A stretch of 64,000 nt of DNA, taken from NCBI GenBank assembly GCA_021613535.1, contig CP075494.1, positions 2,356,001 through 2,420,000 of the forward strand, in the 5' to 3' direction. Positions 61,621-64,000 of this stretch are shown here, piece by piece (the stretch's first letter is position 1; each line of letters opens with the position of its first letter). The DNA comes from Adineta vaga (lineage: Eukaryota; Animalia; Rotifera). The translations under genes and the position numbers were made by a program. The notes under the pieces were generated by a model, which was not told where the DNA came from, ran no database searches, and saw only the letters and a program-made list of their open reading frames with translations.

Positions 61621-64000
61621 TTATTCACTCGATTGAATTCTACACTCTGAAGATAATGGATTATCCACGTATTCAACAATAATTTCTGATTTTAATGGAA
61701 TTTTTTTATCATTTTTTGTACGTTGCCAGTTCTCAATATTTTCGTATGTTTTCAATTTGAGATCCCGTCGAAATCGACTATTTGCACTTTCGGGTGTAAG
61801 TAATGGTCGGAATTTTGATGATTGTGAGTTCAACTGGAAGGAAAAATAAAAAATTATTAGTTGTATACATATGTCGTAAAACATCTTACGTCAATCGATA
61901 TCTGTGCCTGACTCGTCTGAAGTTCATTTTCAACTAGATCATTATGAGATGGTGAAACACGTCGATGAATGGGATGAAACCAAAGTTTGTAAAGAAGAAA
62001 AACCATTGCAAATATTTCTATAAGTGAAAAACTAAAGAGAACTGTACGAAAGAAAAGTGCTCCGCGGCGAATAATCGGTGATTGATTATTTTGAACAAAA
62101 TAAATTTCTTCTGTAAACTGAATATTAATAGTCGTTTCTTTCGAATCATATCGTAAATATTCTCCTCGTTCTGCGAAAAACAATTCATCCGAGAGAATAT
62201 CCGTATAAGTTATGAATGGAGCCCATATACCATCGTAATATGTTCTATCGTTGCGTGTCAAAGGCTTTGTTACATTAATAACTTTGATGAGACGTACAAT
62301 GAAAACAGTTGCCAATCCAATCGTTTGATTATTCGTATAAAAAAGAGTACATACGTCAAGTTCATGTAATCGATGCAATGCGGAATCTTCCGTTTCGACA
62401 TCGGATTTTCCATGTAGACAAAGACGAAGTGCTCCGATGAAATAAGGTCCACTAATACCAATACGAACATTTGATGTATGTGTAGGTAGATCAAAACTAA
62501 AGGAACCACTACTACTGTTCAATGATAATGTGCAATTTGTTTCGACTATCGATAAAGGAGTACCTGTATGTCGATTACGTTCAACAATAATATCATTGCA
62601 TTGAGCTCGTGTATTTATCAAATGTATCGTCATAGTAAACGGTTGTTTATTGAGCATATTGAATATTTTCCAATAAGTACCATCAATTCCAGGTAAGGGT
62701 AATTGAAGTGCATTATCAAATTTCGAATTTCGTCGATTATTATCGCATTCCTTGTGAACAGCTTCGCTTGTCTCAATAGGATATGAAACGAAGAAAAAGA
62801 AAGCAAATATCGCACAATATATAATAATAGTAAAAATGACGATCGATGCAAGACCACCAATCCATCGTTCTCCTTCTCCTATGAGATCATTATGCTTGAA
62901 AATAACTTTCGCTCGTTGACGATAAATATCGATCGGAGTTGGACGTCGATGTTTAATGAGAAACATAATAGACCACATCATTAAACATAATGCTGTCGCT
63001 ATTACAGTCCAGAACAAAGGTGTAAAAACCAGACAACTGAATTTTATGTTAGTAGGAAAAAAGTTCAATAATAATAAATCATCGTAATCATCGATAGTCG
63101 GTGTATCCGGATAACTAAATGTTTGAATATATGAATTAAATTCAGTTAAATTGACCTCATCACTAGCACCTAACGGACAAAATGCACTCGAATTACAAGA
63201 TTGACATTTAATCGATGGATAATTTCCAGGATTTTTTGTATTCGGTGGACAGATCGTACACGGACCAGGACCGGATGTATTTTTATAAGTTCCACTTACA
63301 CATGGTTTCGGTTGCAAGACATATAGGCTTCGTGAATCGATTGATACGAGTTTCATAGAACAAAATCCAGCATCAGCAGATGGAATATATACAATATCAC
63401 CATTTCGTAATAGAATTAACAAATTATTCGACCGTGTTCGAATCCGACGGAAAGAATGTTTACGCCAAGACTTTGAGCGTTGAATTCCATCCAAAGTTTG
63501 TTGAATATTCGGAATTATAAAACTAGGTATAATTGCACCACGTGCTCGATTACGAACGACATTTTTATATACCTGTATTTCCGATTGCGATGAATTGTGA
63601 CTTGTAGATTTAAGTACGAGTATCGCAAGTGTTTCATCATCATTAAGCCAAATAGCTGACCGACCAAAACCATTCCAAATTTCGGATTCAGTAATCTCAT
63701 GAAATTTCGTAACAAATCGAGCTAATTTATTTCCATCCATATACGCAACTGTTACTTTATTTAATTGAACTTCACCAATAGCTAATGTCGTTCCCGAAGG
63801 ATTAATTGAAAGTGACATATCATAATCTTGATTATAACCGATTCTTTCCGATCCTTGAATATCATTCATACCAATAGAACTGACGTTAATTACACGAAGT
63901 GGTTGAAGTTCGAATATATAAAGACATTGTTTACTTCGTGAATTATTTTGAATTAAGTGAAATCCAGCAACAGCAGCCCAATCATTTTTCAGATCGAATG
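61621..64000 (-). CDS. Multipass membrane protein with a GCC2/GCC3 (ephrin-receptor-like) Cys-rich motif; 5' end outside the window
   Basis: Long ORF open to the window edge, with PCVSGTYKN...CTICPPNT...CQSC...FCPLG, three hydrophobic segments and a final exon after an intron at about 61890-61835. Confidence 0.7.

Noticed and set aside
1-64000. rRNA, tRNA or a dedicated recombinase/integrase gene
   Set aside because: None recognisable by eye. A covariance-model scan would be needed to exclude small RNAs.

Overview
AT-rich eukaryotic DNA with short GT-AG introns. The gene content points to a bdelloid rotifer (Adineta/Rotaria-like); this is inferred from gene families, not from a marker gene. 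Genes: four orphan class-A-like GPCRs, a 17-repeat TPR protein, an NHL-REJ-GPS-PLAT polycystin-1-like gene, a giant CCCH-DEAH helicase-RBR-PARP-WWE gene, two genes built from a repeated cysteine-rich membrane module, a DED-TM protein, a TLDc protein and an ankyrin-ADP-ribosyltransferase. Several genes look microbial (phosphorylcholine phosphatase, TAP-like alpha/beta hydrolase, META/HslJ, LPMO-like). Mobile DNA: one apparently intact Mutator (MULE) element with a perfect 9-bp TSD, and remnants of hAT, mariner, CACTA-like and Helitron-like elements plus a MITE. The most striking unexplained structure is a family of about 16 short imperfect palindromes, roughly TTGAGGGTGTGGGTG-(usually 12-15 nt)-CACCCACACCCTCAA. 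Their arms are bdelloid-type telomeric hexamers, and they lie outside intact coding sequence, dividing the region into cassette-like units of 0-2 genes. One site abuts a CDC48 gene cut mid-domain, and two sites tightly bracket a 63-bp copy of a neighbouring gene. No recombinase for these sites is visible in the window.
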